Positions 1 to 8,830 of a stretch of DNA of 64,000 bases are shown here, in pieces. The translations under genes and the position numbers were made by a program. The notes beneath the pieces were generated by a model. The model searched no databases. It worked only from the letters and a program-made list of their open reading frames with translations, and was not told the origin of the DNA. The DNA comes from a virus. Its lineage: Duplodnaviria > Caudoviricetes. Where the stretch lies: the IMG/VR virus record IMGVR_UViG_2602041658_000005, positions 15,174 to 79,173 of that record. One strand, given 5' to 3'. Numbering within the stretch: the stretch's first letter is position 1; each line of letters starts with the position of its first letter.

Positions 1-1
1 T

Positions 2-100
2 GCGAAGAAAGTGGATGAGAAATACTATCTGTCGGATAAGGCACTTGAGTATTTCAATAGAGTTGATAAAGACAAAACGCATGGTCATAATTTCAAATAA
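2..100 (+). CDS. 3' end of the N-terminal part of a DNA (cytosine-5) methyltransferase, entering from the left edge
   Basis: Frame reads AKKVDEKYYLSDKALEYF...HGHNFK*; VDEKYYLS is typical of the start of the variable region in phage C5-MTases. Confidence 0.7.
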   Translation, partial: AKKVDEKYYLSDKALEYFNRVDKDKTHGHNFK

Positions 101-992
101 GGAGGGGTGGAGGGATAGCCTGTACCATAAGGTGCAAGGCAGGCAGCCGTGTAGATGACAATTTTGTAATAGATGAAAAATGAGATAATAGAAGCCGTCA
201 TCATACCGCAAGTAATGAGAGGGGGGGCAAGCCCAACAATAACGGCGAGTGTAAAGAATATGGGGTGTGCAAATCTTGTTTCGTTAGCGCATTTCCCCAT
301 TGCAGGAATTATAGAAATTTATGATAAAGAAGAATAAATCTTTGTTTGCCATGTTTGAGAAAGGGCTTGTTCCATTAGAGCCATACGTCTGCATAGATAC
401 TTACAATCAAAAGGTCATGAGAGATTGTTTCTGCACAATTCGCACGACCATAAGCAGTTCAAACTTACATTTCATAACAATAATGGAAGATGATTAAATT
501 TTTGAATCCTTACGAGACTTTCATTCCACAAAATAATGCACGTCATGTGTGTGGGCGAATAGAAGTTTGTAGAACTATCAAGGCGCAATACTATAAAGTA
601 GGAAAGGCTAATTTTATTAGGAAAGACGGATTGGGAGCGACAGCCGTAATAGAGGTAGAATTATAATTTGCTGTAAGTTTATGATAGAAGATGTTTTTGT
701 AATCAATGGCTATAAGAGAAATGACAAGGAGGTATCATCCACTATTCGTGGAGTATATGGTAAGTGTGGAGGTGGCAGTGTTTTTCTCAATACAGGACAT
801 GGGATAACGGGAATAGTAGAAGTGTATGAATCGGAATAAAAAAAAATAATTCAGTTGTTCAACATTCTACCACCATCTACGAATTTCCAGAACGGACAGA
901 GAGGCAGGGTTTACAGCGTGATGGGGGTAAGTCCTACCATTGATGCGATGCAGGGTGGAAATCTGCAACCGAAAATAGTAGTGATAGAGTGA
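95..992 (+). other. Tandem array of C5-MTase target-recognition-like mini-ORFs (~95-183, 173-337, 321-497, 490-666, 681-839, 826/846-992)
   Basis: Manual translation. Each module has a central T-I motif (CTIR, PTIT, CTIR, RTIK, STIR, PTID) and ends in a hydrophobic-acidic tail (VIDEK, IIEIYD, IMEDD, VIEVEL, IVEVYE, VVIE). Starts mostly overlap the previous stop. Confidence 0.7.
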
Positions 993-1657
993 TGAAATAT
1001 TTAGTATGTGCAAGTAGGGGGAGAAAAACCGACAATCCGAGTGAGCGAGGGAAGTCGCTCGGTAGATATAAACAAAGATTACAGGTTAATTTAAGAGAGG
1101 TATTAAACACGATAACGAGCATTCAGAAAGACTATTTGATGATGGAAATATATGAACCGATGTGCTTGTCTTTGTATCGGACGGACTATGGGAAAAAAGT
1201 TTGGAACGAATATGAGAAGAGACACAATATAAAAATGAATCGGAAAACTATGTTGTGTCTATTACCAAGGCACGATGGTCTATTTAGAACTATAACAACA
1301 TTACAAAGTGATATACAAATTATGGAATCAAGTAACAATAAAGGCAAGTTGATAACAGAAGAGGTGGCAGTGAAGTTAAAGCTACCGAAAGAGTATATTG
1401 GCAAATGTTTTAGGATAAGGAAACTGACACCAAGAGAGTGCTTTCGCCTTATGGACATGGAAGAAGAAAAAATAGACAAAGTGCTGAATGCCAAGAATGA
1501 GAAAGGACAGCAGCTTATATCCAATTCTCAACTTTACAAATTAGCTGGCAATAGCATAGTCGTGAGTTGTATGGAATATATGTTTAGGAACTTGTTTATT
1601 GGTGTTCCCGAAGATGAGAAAGGAAAACAAGAGCCAGTGCAATTAAAATTATTTTAG
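992..1657 (+). CDS. C-terminal part of the C5-MTase: two fused TRD-like modules plus motifs IX-X
   Basis: NTITSIQKD and RTITTLQSD modules; RIRKLTPRECFRLM (motif IX); QLYKLAGNSIVV (motif X). Confidence 0.9.
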   Translation: MKYLVCASRGRKTDNPSERGKSLGRYKQRLQVNLREVLNTITSIQKDYLMMEIYEPMCLSLYRTDYGKKVWNEYEKRHNIKMNRKTMLCLLPRHDGLFRTITTLQSDIQIMESSNNKGKLITEEVAVKLKLPKEYIGKCFRIRKLTPRECFRLMDMEEEKIDKVLNAKNEKGQQLISNSQLYKLAGNSIVVSCMEYMFRNLFIGVPEDEKGKQEPVQLKLF

Positions 1658-1786
1658 ATGAAATACTTAGGAAGCAAGCGCAGAATAGCGAAAGACATTT
1701 TGCCTATCATTCTTGATGGAATGAGAGAGGGAGATTATTTCATAGACGCCTTTTGCGGTGGTTGTAATCTGTTGGATAATAAATAA
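1658..1786 (+). pseudogene. Truncated N-terminus of a Dam/D12-class adenine methyltransferase
   Basis: MKYLGSKRRIAKDILPII...FIDAFCGGCNLLDNK* contains YxGSK and the motif I DxFxGG, then stops after 42 aa. Confidence 0.8.
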
Positions 1787-1797
1787 ACTTTACTCAA

Positions 1798-2490
1798 ATG
1801 AAAGAGATTTTTACTATTAATTCAAAAAGGTGGCTTTCTTTAAGGAATTACGAAGGAGAGGTATGGAAGCCTGTTGTTGGATATGAAAATTGCTACGAAG
1901 TAAGTAATTTTGGTAGAATTAAAAGTATAGCACGTTTTGTAAAATGTAAAGATGGCAAAATTCAGCGATACAATGAAAAAATACTTCGTTTATGGATAGC
2001 AAAATTAGGCTACGCATCAATAACGCTTGAACATTATGGAGAAACGAGGAAAGTTGGAGCGCACAGGATAGTTGCAGAGGCTTTTCTCCCAAACCCAAAA
2101 GGATTACCGCAAGTTAATCACAAAGACGAAAATCCTACAAATAATAAATTAAACAACTTAGAATGGTGCACGGCAAAATACAATTTGACTTACGGAAGCA
2201 GGTTACAACGATTACACCTATCAACGATAAATAATCCGAAAACCTCAAAGATAGTCCAGCAGTATTCATTTGATGGAGAGTTGATTTGCGAATATCCTTC
2301 ATTGATGGAGACAAGAAGACTTTTCGGAGGGCATGTAGGTGAAGTCTGTAATCATAAATACTACAGTACATTAGGTTATTTTTGGCTGTATAAAGGTATT
2401 AGTTTTGAAGAATGGCAGAAAAAGCATGAAGAAATTTTCAGAGAAAGAAGGCGTAATAAGCCAAGAAGAATTATAACTACCAAACGATAA
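1798..2490 (+). CDS. NUMOD4-HNH-NUMOD1 homing endonuclease
   Basis: EVWKPVVGYENCYEVSNFGRIKS (NUMOD4); HRIVAEAF...VNHKDENPTNN...NLEW (HNH); VQQYSFDG (NUMOD1). Confidence 0.92.
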   Translation: MKEIFTINSKRWLSLRNYEGEVWKPVVGYENCYEVSNFGRIKSIARFVKCKDGKIQRYNEKILRLWIAKLGYASITLEHYGETRKVGAHRIVAEAFLPNPKGLPQVNHKDENPTNNKLNNLEWCTAKYNLTYGSRLQRLHLSTINNPKTSKIVQQYSFDGELICEYPSLMETRRLFGGHVGEVCNHKYYSTLGYFWLYKGISFEEWQKKHEEIFRERRRNKPRRIITTKR

Positions 2491-2527
2491 CGAAGAAACC
2501 TATTGAAAAACTATTTATGCTATAATT

Positions 2528-2653
2528 ATGGAAAACAAACTTGACAGGGTCGCTTCTGAGTGGACAAAGAAACACCCGAAAGCGACACTTGAAGAAGCGT
2601 TCAAGGCGGGATATTTAAGGCATGTTGAAGCGTGGGTAAAGAACGAAAGATAA
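2528..2653 (+). CDS. Small hypothetical protein (41 aa)
   Basis: MENKLDRVASEW...EEAFKAGY; fills the gap before the next gene. Confidence 0.55.
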   Translation: MENKLDRVASEWTKKHPKATLEEAFKAGYLRHVEAWVKNER

Positions 2654-2655
2654 GA

Positions 2656-3429
2656 ATGATAGAAGAGAACAAACTATATCACGGTGATTGCTTTCGCCTT
2701 ATGCAGGACATTCCAGACAAGTCTATTGACATGATACTATCCGACCCACCCTACGCTTGTCTTAACAAATCTAATAAGGATGCAAGTTGGGACAAGGAGA
2801 TAGACCTACAAGAGTTGTGGAAACAGTATGAGCGCATTATAAAAGACAATGGAGCAATATTATTGTTTGGACAAGGCTTGTTTGCAGGCAAGCTCATTAT
2901 GAGTAACCCGAAGCTATATAGATACGACCTTGTGTGGGACAAGGTTAGGAAGGTGGGCTTTCTCAACGCGAAGAGAATGCCGTTAAGACAGCATGAGCAA
3001 ATACTTGTATTCTATAAAAAACTGCCTACATACAATCCTCAAATGGTGAAGTGCGAGCCGCACCAACGCAACCACAGCAGAGGAAGCGGCAACGAAACAA
3101 ATAGAACCTATGGGAATTATGGTAAGTCGGAAAGGATTATTACAGACGAGAAATATCCAAGCAGCATTATAACGTTTCCGAAAGGTAGTAAGGACGATTG
3201 GCTACACCCTACGGCAAAGCCAATAGAATTGCTTAGGTACCTTATTCGCACCTATTCTAACGAGGGCGATTTGGTGTTAGACAACTTTGCAGGTAGCGGC
3301 TCAACGTGTGTAGCTGCCATAAAGGAAAACCGTAAGTTTATCGGAATGGAAATGGAATACCACTTCTTTAAGGTGGCAGATGAGAGAATAAAAAACGAAT
3401 TGAGAGAACCAAAATTATTTTATAAATAA
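2656..3429 (+). CDS. Beta-class N6A/N4C DNA methyltransferase
   Basis: DPPY, HPTAKP and VLDNFAGSGST motifs. Confidence 0.93.
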   Translation: MIEENKLYHGDCFRLMQDIPDKSIDMILSDPPYACLNKSNKDASWDKEIDLQELWKQYERIIKDNGAILLFGQGLFAGKLIMSNPKLYRYDLVWDKVRKVGFLNAKRMPLRQHEQILVFYKKLPTYNPQMVKCEPHQRNHSRGSGNETNRTYGNYGKSERIITDEKYPSSIITFPKGSKDDWLHPTAKPIELLRYLIRTYSNEGDLVLDNFAGSGSTCVAAIKENRKFIGMEMEYHFFKVADERIKNELREPKLFYK

Positions 3430-3442
3430 AACTAAAGATATT

Positions 3443-3751
3443 ATGATTACGAATGATAAGAAGCCAGAGAGCCTTTATGTATATTCTATTCAGCTTTCTA
3501 CTATAAAATTAGTTCTCCAAAAGTGTTTAGATTTAGGATATTTTGATGCTAAGACGAAAGAAGATGCTTTCTATGATAAAGCGATTATCAAGTTTTGCTT
3601 ATCCAACAATCTCGCTGCGGACGAATTTGTATTAGGGGGACATGATTTCAAATATAGAAATCACAAGAGAGATAAAAGGGGAAAGATGGTGAGTGTAGAA
3701 GTATATTTACCTAAACTGGAAAAAAATAAACATAAACAAAAAGATTTTTAG
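3443..3751 (+). CDS. Hypothetical protein
   Basis: ORF tightly packed in the operon. Confidence 0.6.
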   Translation: MITNDKKPESLYVYSIQLSTIKLVLQKCLDLGYFDAKTKEDAFYDKAIIKFCLSNNLAADEFVLGGHDFKYRNHKRDKRGKMVSVEVYLPKLEKNKHKQKDF

Positions 3752-3754
3752 ATA

Positions 3755-4543
3755 ATGGTAAAAGAATTTGAACTCACTAAAAATAGTGGTAGCGAGGAGA
3801 TAAAAAAGTATTTTCAAAAGATATTAGAGCTAAGCAAGTCGGGCGAGAAATATCCCATTAACCTTGATGATGTTTGGGGCTTGGTGTATGGACAAAAGTC
3901 TGACGCTGTTGCTGCATTAAAGGAAAGTTTTATGCAAGATGTTGATTACCAAGTTTTAAGGAAAAATCCTCAAAACCCAACAGGAGGAAGACCCTCTAAT
4001 ATTTACTATATCTCTGTTCCTTGCATGGAGTTCTTTGTAGCTCGCAAAGTAAGGTCTGTTTTTGAGGTTTACAGACAAGTGTTTCATAAAATTGTGGAAG
4101 AAAGATGGGTACTGCCAAAGAATTTTTCGCAAGCATTACGTCTTGCCGCTGACCAATATGAGCAGATAGAAGCGCAGAACAAGCAGATAGAAGCCTTGAG
4201 CGATGAAGTGGTCGAGCTAAAAAAGAAAACCGATTATCTCGAAATAATATTACAAAGTAAGGAGACGGTTACAATAGGTCAGATTGCCGCAGACTACGGA
4301 ATGACACCGCAAGAGATGAACGGCTTACTCGCTAAAATGCACATACAGCACAAAGTGAACGGACAATGGCTGCTGTATGCAGACTATGTGCGAAAAGGAT
4401 ATACGCACAGCGAAACGATACCTATAAAGCACAAAGATGGCAGAGCCGAAGTGAAAATGTTTTCTAAGTGGAGACAGTCGGGAAGGATTTTCTTGTATAA
4501 TAAACTAAAAGAACGTGGTATAATTCCTTTAATAGAAAAGTAA
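3755..4543 (+). CDS. Phage antirepressor with C-terminal KilAC/ANT domain
   Basis: DYQVLRKNPQNPTGGRP; PKNFSQALRLAAD; VTIGQIAADYG...WRQSGRIFLY. Confidence 0.88.
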   Translation: MVKEFELTKNSGSEEIKKYFQKILELSKSGEKYPINLDDVWGLVYGQKSDAVAALKESFMQDVDYQVLRKNPQNPTGGRPSNIYYISVPCMEFFVARKVRSVFEVYRQVFHKIVEERWVLPKNFSQALRLAADQYEQIEAQNKQIEALSDEVVELKKKTDYLEIILQSKETVTIGQIAADYGMTPQEMNGLLAKMHIQHKVNGQWLLYADYVRKGYTHSETIPIKHKDGRAEVKMFSKWRQSGRIFLYNKLKERGIIPLIEK

Positions 4544-4548
4544 AGATT

Positions 4549-4959
4549 ATGAGCGAAAAAATAATTAAGGTTGGTAAATATGCCGTGTTACACGAAAGAG
4601 AAGCGAAGCGTCTCTTAGAATTTGCTGGTTATGATGAGACTATGCCTATAAGCGAGGTTAAAGATGATGACCAGAAACTTGCCTCGTGTAAAGAAATAGA
4701 GTTCGCAAAGCTAACCAAGCAAATGCTTGAAACTTTCAAAAAGAAAAACGCAGACTACGGAGATAGTACTACGCAGACATTCAAAGAGTTTGGATTGATG
4801 TCTTACGCTGTTAGACTGAACGATAAACTAAACAGGGTTAAGTCGTTCTGTAAGAAAGGTGTGTTGGAAGTGAAAGAAGAGAAAATAATAGACACGCTTA
4901 TGGATATGAGTGCATATTGTCTGTTGGCGGTTATGGATATTAAGAATCAAAAGGAGTAA
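4549..4959 (+). CDS. Nucleotide-modification-associated domain 1 (DUF1599-like) protein
   Basis: KKNADYGDS...RLNDKLNR...DTLMDMSAY. Confidence 0.75.
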   Translation: MSEKIIKVGKYAVLHEREAKRLLEFAGYDETMPISEVKDDDQKLASCKEIEFAKLTKQMLETFKKKNADYGDSTTQTFKEFGLMSYAVRLNDKLNRVKSFCKKGVLEVKEEKIIDTLMDMSAYCLLAVMDIKNQKE

Positions 4960-4963
4960 AACT

Positions 4964-5353
4964 ATGAGATACGAAAATTTAAAAATTACGGAAATAGGTG
5001 ATGAATATATCATTCTTGAGAATGATGATAAAGAAAAGTTAATGGTTAGCAGTTATCATTCTACCGATTGCTGCGAGTATCACTATTTGGATTTTTCAGC
5101 AGTTAAAGATATGATAGAAGATGATATGCTTTTTTGCATAGATACCGAAGACCCTATGTCATTCTTTTGCAAGGTAGAGGATTTTGGTATCAGACTACTT
5201 CCTACAAATAATCACCCTATATCTGTTCCCGGATATGGAATCAATAACGGATATTATAACAGCCACATAGACCTTATTGTGGAGGATATGAGGTTTCATA
5301 AAGAGATACTGAAGATTGATGCTTCTGAATGTCAAAACATAAAATGGGGATAA
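4964..5353 (+). CDS. Hypothetical phage protein
   Basis: HSTDCCE and NGYY motifs common in small phage proteins. Confidence 0.65.
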   Translation: MRYENLKITEIGDEYIILENDDKEKLMVSSYHSTDCCEYHYLDFSAVKDMIEDDMLFCIDTEDPMSFFCKVEDFGIRLLPTNNHPISVPGYGINNGYYNSHIDLIVEDMRFHKEILKIDASECQNIKWG

Positions 5354-5521
5354 ATGATGCAATTCTTTAAAAATATTTTACTTAAACTTTCATGCTTGCA
5401 TGACTGGGAACTCAGAAGAAGGGTATATACTTACGAGGATGAGTCTTGTAAATATCCATATAAGTGTGAGATACTTTATGTGTGTCGAAAGTGTGGAAAA
5501 TTCAAGAAAATAAAAATATGA
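5354..5521 (+). CDS. Small putative Zn-binding protein
   Basis: CLHDW...CRKCGK; coupled to its neighbours. Confidence 0.55.
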   Translation: MMQFFKNILLKLSCLHDWELRRRVYTYEDESCKYPYKCEILYVCRKCGKFKKIKI

Positions 5522-5736
5522 GTAAGATAATAGAAAACAAGGCTGACAAGGCTTTTCCTTGTCCAAAAGATGAAGACACCGTTGCTTCTATGCGTGAGAA
5601 AAAGAGAGGATACATAAAAGGGTATGAGCAGGCACTTAAAGACATGAAAGGACATCTTGACCTTGCTGCTATCGCTGGTAAAAGTTTTATGGTGCTTGAT
5701 ATGTGTAAATGGATTGAGGGGAGATTAAAGGATTAG
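5518..5736 (+). CDS. Hypothetical protein
   Basis: ATGA overlap with the upstream ORF. Confidence 0.55.
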   Translation: MSKIIENKADKAFPCPKDEDTVASMREKKRGYIKGYEQALKDMKGHLDLAAIAGKSFMVLDMCKWIEGRLKD

Positions 5737-5762
5737 GGGGAAAATATAAAAGGACTTAAGAT

Positions 5763-6563
5763 ATGGATAAAATTAAAGTTTTTAATTATAACGGAAGCAA
5801 TATAACGTTCAGTAGTGAAAACGGAGTGATGGTCAATGCGACAGAAATGGCGAGGGCTTTTGATAAGAGACCAATTGACTATCTCCGTCTTCCAACTACC
5901 ATAGAGTTGATAAATGCAATTGTGAGAAAATCTCACATTTCAGAAAGTCAGTTAATTATAACCAAGCAAGGCAGCTCTATTAATGGCGGTGGAACGTGGT
6001 TACACGAAGATATAGCCTTGGATTTCGCTCAATGGCTTTCAGTTGATTTTAGGCTATGGTGTAACGACCGCATCAAAGAGTTGCTAAAGTACGGCATGAC
6101 CGCTACACAACCAACTTTGGAGCAAATGGTAGATAATCCCGACCTTGTGATAGAACTTGCTGTGAAGCTGAAAACAGAGAGAGCAGAAAAAGCGAAATTG
6201 GAGCAGGAAAGGGAAATGCTTAATAACAAGTTAGAGCAACAAGCCCCGAAAGTAGCTTTTGCCAATGCCATAGAAGCAAGTAAATCAAGTTGTCTAATTG
6301 GTGAGCTTGCAAAGATACTCACACAGAACGGCTATACGATAGGACAGAACAGGCTTTTTGAATGGATGCGAAACAACGGCTATCTTGGAACGAAAGGCGA
6401 ATATTACAACATACCTAACCAAACGTATATCGAGCAAGGATTATTCGATTTGAAAAAAGGTGTTCGTAGTGGTAATGATGGTGTGATGCACACCACGATA
6501 ACAACGAAAGTAACAGGGAAAGGATGTAGGTATTTTATCAATAAATTTTTAGGAGGAAGATAA
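5763..6563 (+). CDS. KilA-N + KilAC antirepressor
   Basis: VNATEMARAF...GTWLHEDIALDFAQWLS; APKVAFA...IGQNRLFEWMR...VTGKG. Confidence 0.92.
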   Translation: MDKIKVFNYNGSNITFSSENGVMVNATEMARAFDKRPIDYLRLPTTIELINAIVRKSHISESQLIITKQGSSINGGGTWLHEDIALDFAQWLSVDFRLWCNDRIKELLKYGMTATQPTLEQMVDNPDLVIELAVKLKTERAEKAKLEQEREMLNNKLEQQAPKVAFANAIEASKSSCLIGELAKILTQNGYTIGQNRLFEWMRNNGYLGTKGEYYNIPNQTYIEQGLFDLKKGVRSGNDGVMHTTITTKVTGKGCRYFINKFLGGR

Positions 6564-6565
6564 TT

Positions 6566-6796
6566 ATGGCTGATATAAATTGGTTAGCAGAGATAGTAAA
6601 AGTTCATAAATTTCATATAGAATTTTATTATTCAAGTATTACTGATTGGTGCTTGATAATAACAAGAAAAGGGTGTAACAAAGGCGGTGGCGACATTGTT
6701 GTTTTTGATGACGAATGCAATGATTTATCTTTGCTATTATCAAAGGCAGAGGTCGCTGTTAAAGAGTATTGTCTTGAAGAATTAGGAGGGTATTAG
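6566..6796 (+). CDS. Hypothetical protein
   Basis: ORF in the operon. Confidence 0.6.
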   Translation: MADINWLAEIVKVHKFHIEFYYSSITDWCLIITRKGCNKGGGDIVVFDDECNDLSLLLSKAEVAVKEYCLEELGGY

Positions 6797-6799
6797 ACT

Positions 6800-7573
6800 A
6801 TGTTACGATTAATGGTTAAGCCGAAAGACGGCAAAGAGGGAGTGATAATGTTTGTAAAATCTTACAAACGAAATTGGCTGTTTAGAAAAAAAATAAAACT
6901 TACACCTTTAATAGGGGAGGCTATGGTCTTCGATTTAAACGAAACCGTAAAGGCGTATGAAATGAAAATTGAAATTGACGATATTGTTAAAACAGAAGTC
7001 GTGCATGACTCTGAAATAAATTACTATCGAAAATTTCATCAGTTTTATATCATTGCTAAACATACAAAGAAAGGACTTGAATATTATAGTTCTGAAAAAG
7101 AGTTTTACGATGAAAGGTTGAAACGTAGAGTGCAAATGCCCGACTTTACTACGGAAATAGAAAAAGCAGAATTTTCTAAAAGTCTTGTAAGTGTAAAAAA
7201 TATGCTTACAAGAATGAGGGTAAGTAATAAAGACAAGGTGGCTTCTTATAGTGTTTTTCTTACCATTAGAAACGACTTATACAAACCAAATATTATTTTC
7301 GTACTAACAAATAAGAAGACAAAGAACGTTTATTTTTTAAAGAAATATACGTTAAAGGGTAAAAAGAACTCAAGTATACAAGTGTGTGATAATATGCAAG
7401 ACGCGTTATCTGTAAAATATGATGAGGCTCTAAAAATATATGATGATTTACATGCTAAGCATAAGAATTTCTCTGTAAATTGTCATCTTCGCAAAGATAA
7501 CGAGAATGTAAATGCGAAAGATTTTAAGTTTAAACGTGAATTTTTACAAATAGGATTTAAGCTAAAAGTCTGA
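6800..7573 (+). CDS. Hypothetical basic protein
   Basis: 257-aa ORF in the operon. Confidence 0.65.
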   Translation: MLRLMVKPKDGKEGVIMFVKSYKRNWLFRKKIKLTPLIGEAMVFDLNETVKAYEMKIEIDDIVKTEVVHDSEINYYRKFHQFYIIAKHTKKGLEYYSSEKEFYDERLKRRVQMPDFTTEIEKAEFSKSLVSVKNMLTRMRVSNKDKVASYSVFLTIRNDLYKPNIIFVLTNKKTKNVYFLKKYTLKGKKNSSIQVCDNMQDALSVKYDEALKIYDDLHAKHKNFSVNCHLRKDNENVNAKDFKFKREFLQIGFKLKV

Positions 7574-7613
7574 TAAAGAAGACAATAGCAATATGTAAAT
7601 ATTTTTATAAAAG

Positions 7614-8549
7614 ATGAGGATGTTAGATAGAAAAGAAGAACAAGAGCGCAGAGAGTTTATTTTAAAAGAATTGAGAAAGAAAAATCTTGCTTTATTTTAT
7701 AAGGATTTTAGTATTGATCATAGGTTGTGGTTAAGAGAACTCACAGATAAATACAAAGAGAGGGGTTTATTGCCCCTCTCACCCCTTATCTTAGCAGACT
7801 ATTATAAAGAATATGAAGATAAACTTTTAGCAGTTTTAGTGGCTTGTATTTTGCTCGATGACAATGAAAGAGTTATGGAGCAAGTTTCAGCTATGAGAAA
7901 GATATTAGGCGAACACCCTTATAAAGATTTTTACTCTAATCGCACGTTCGTGCAGCTTTCAAACGGAGCTAATCAGACGAAGTATATTGCTTATTTTAGG
8001 TCAACAAAATATTATGAAATATCTAAATTATTTGATATTATATGGAATATTGAACACGACTATGGTAAAAAGATGTTCGAGGTGTTTTTTGAAACGATAA
8101 CACTAAAAGAATATACACCTTATAATGCTTTGTTGTTATTGTTGAGAGATTTCCCTGTAGGGCGTCCGGAGTGGCGTGTAAATCTTGCCCTGCTGCGTTT
8201 ATGCGATAAAAAAGGCATAAGTGAACCTTTGTGGGATTTAGGTTGCTTGGACGAAAAATTAGAATGCCCCCTAAGTAAAGAAATAAAAGATTATTTAAAC
8301 ACGTGGTTTTTTGAATGGTCGCGTACTTTTACCTTTAAAGAAGTATGCGCGATACTCGGTTTTGAGAGAGAAATAGATGTGTATTATAGTATGCTTGCTT
8401 TCAGAGAGTTATCTCGCTACAAGCCAAAGGAAGTAAAAGACTATTTAAAGCTGTATTACACGCAGTTTAAAAACGGAACGTTAGGACTTAGGGGTAGAAA
8501 GAAGCTCAAAGCAAGAATGCCAAAAATAGAGTTTGAGCATAGCAAGTAA
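7614..8549 (+). CDS. Hypothetical protein, possibly a divergent DUF2400/TIGR02757-like protein
   Basis: LRELTDKY...P...Y...D at the N-terminus and RVNLALLRL...LW...LECPL at the C-terminus resemble that family from memory. Confidence 0.45.
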   Translation: MRMLDRKEEQERREFILKELRKKNLALFYKDFSIDHRLWLRELTDKYKERGLLPLSPLILADYYKEYEDKLLAVLVACILLDDNERVMEQVSAMRKILGEHPYKDFYSNRTFVQLSNGANQTKYIAYFRSTKYYEISKLFDIIWNIEHDYGKKMFEVFFETITLKEYTPYNALLLLLRDFPVGRPEWRVNLALLRLCDKKGISEPLWDLGCLDEKLECPLSKEIKDYLNTWFFEWSRTFTFKEVCAILGFEREIDVYYSMLAFRELSRYKPKEVKDYLKLYYTQFKNGTLGLRGRKKLKARMPKIEFEHSK

Positions 8550-8638
8550 AAAATGCCCATCTTTTCTAAAATAAAAATGTTAAGGTATTATGAATAATTA
8601 TGCAACTTTGATGAAAAGACGGGCATTTAAATTAAATA

Positions 8639-8815
8639 CTACTTCTTTTTGTTTTTATTCTTATCTTTCTTTTTGTTAATCTTCTCATCTATAGCCAAGT
8701 ATATAAGGAAGATAATAAAACAAACAGCTAATACAGGTAAAACATACTTTATAAAATCCCATACTATAATGAGAACCACCTCTATGATTGTGAAAAGAAA
8801 ACCTAAAATAAACAT
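8639..8815 (-). CDS. Small membrane protein with Lys-rich tail (58 aa)
   Basis: MFILGFLFTIIEVVLIIVWDFIKYVLPVLAVCFIIFLIYLAIDEKINKKK...; lies directly downstream of the recombinase. Confidence 0.55.
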   Translation of the reverse strand: MFILGFLFTIIEVVLIIVWDFIKYVLPVLAVCFIIFLIYLAIDEKINKKKDKNKNKKK

Positions 8816-8830
8816 AATTGCAAAAATTTA

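Noticed and set aside
1-1000. Stop-codon reassignment explaining the fragmented MTase
   Set aside because: The fragments lie in different frames and end in TAA or TGA, while long genes elsewhere are intact under the standard code.
1786-2525. Group I intron carrying the HNH gene
   Set aside because: There is almost no non-coding sequence for a ribozyme core, and the middle of the MTase is missing, so splicing could not restore it.
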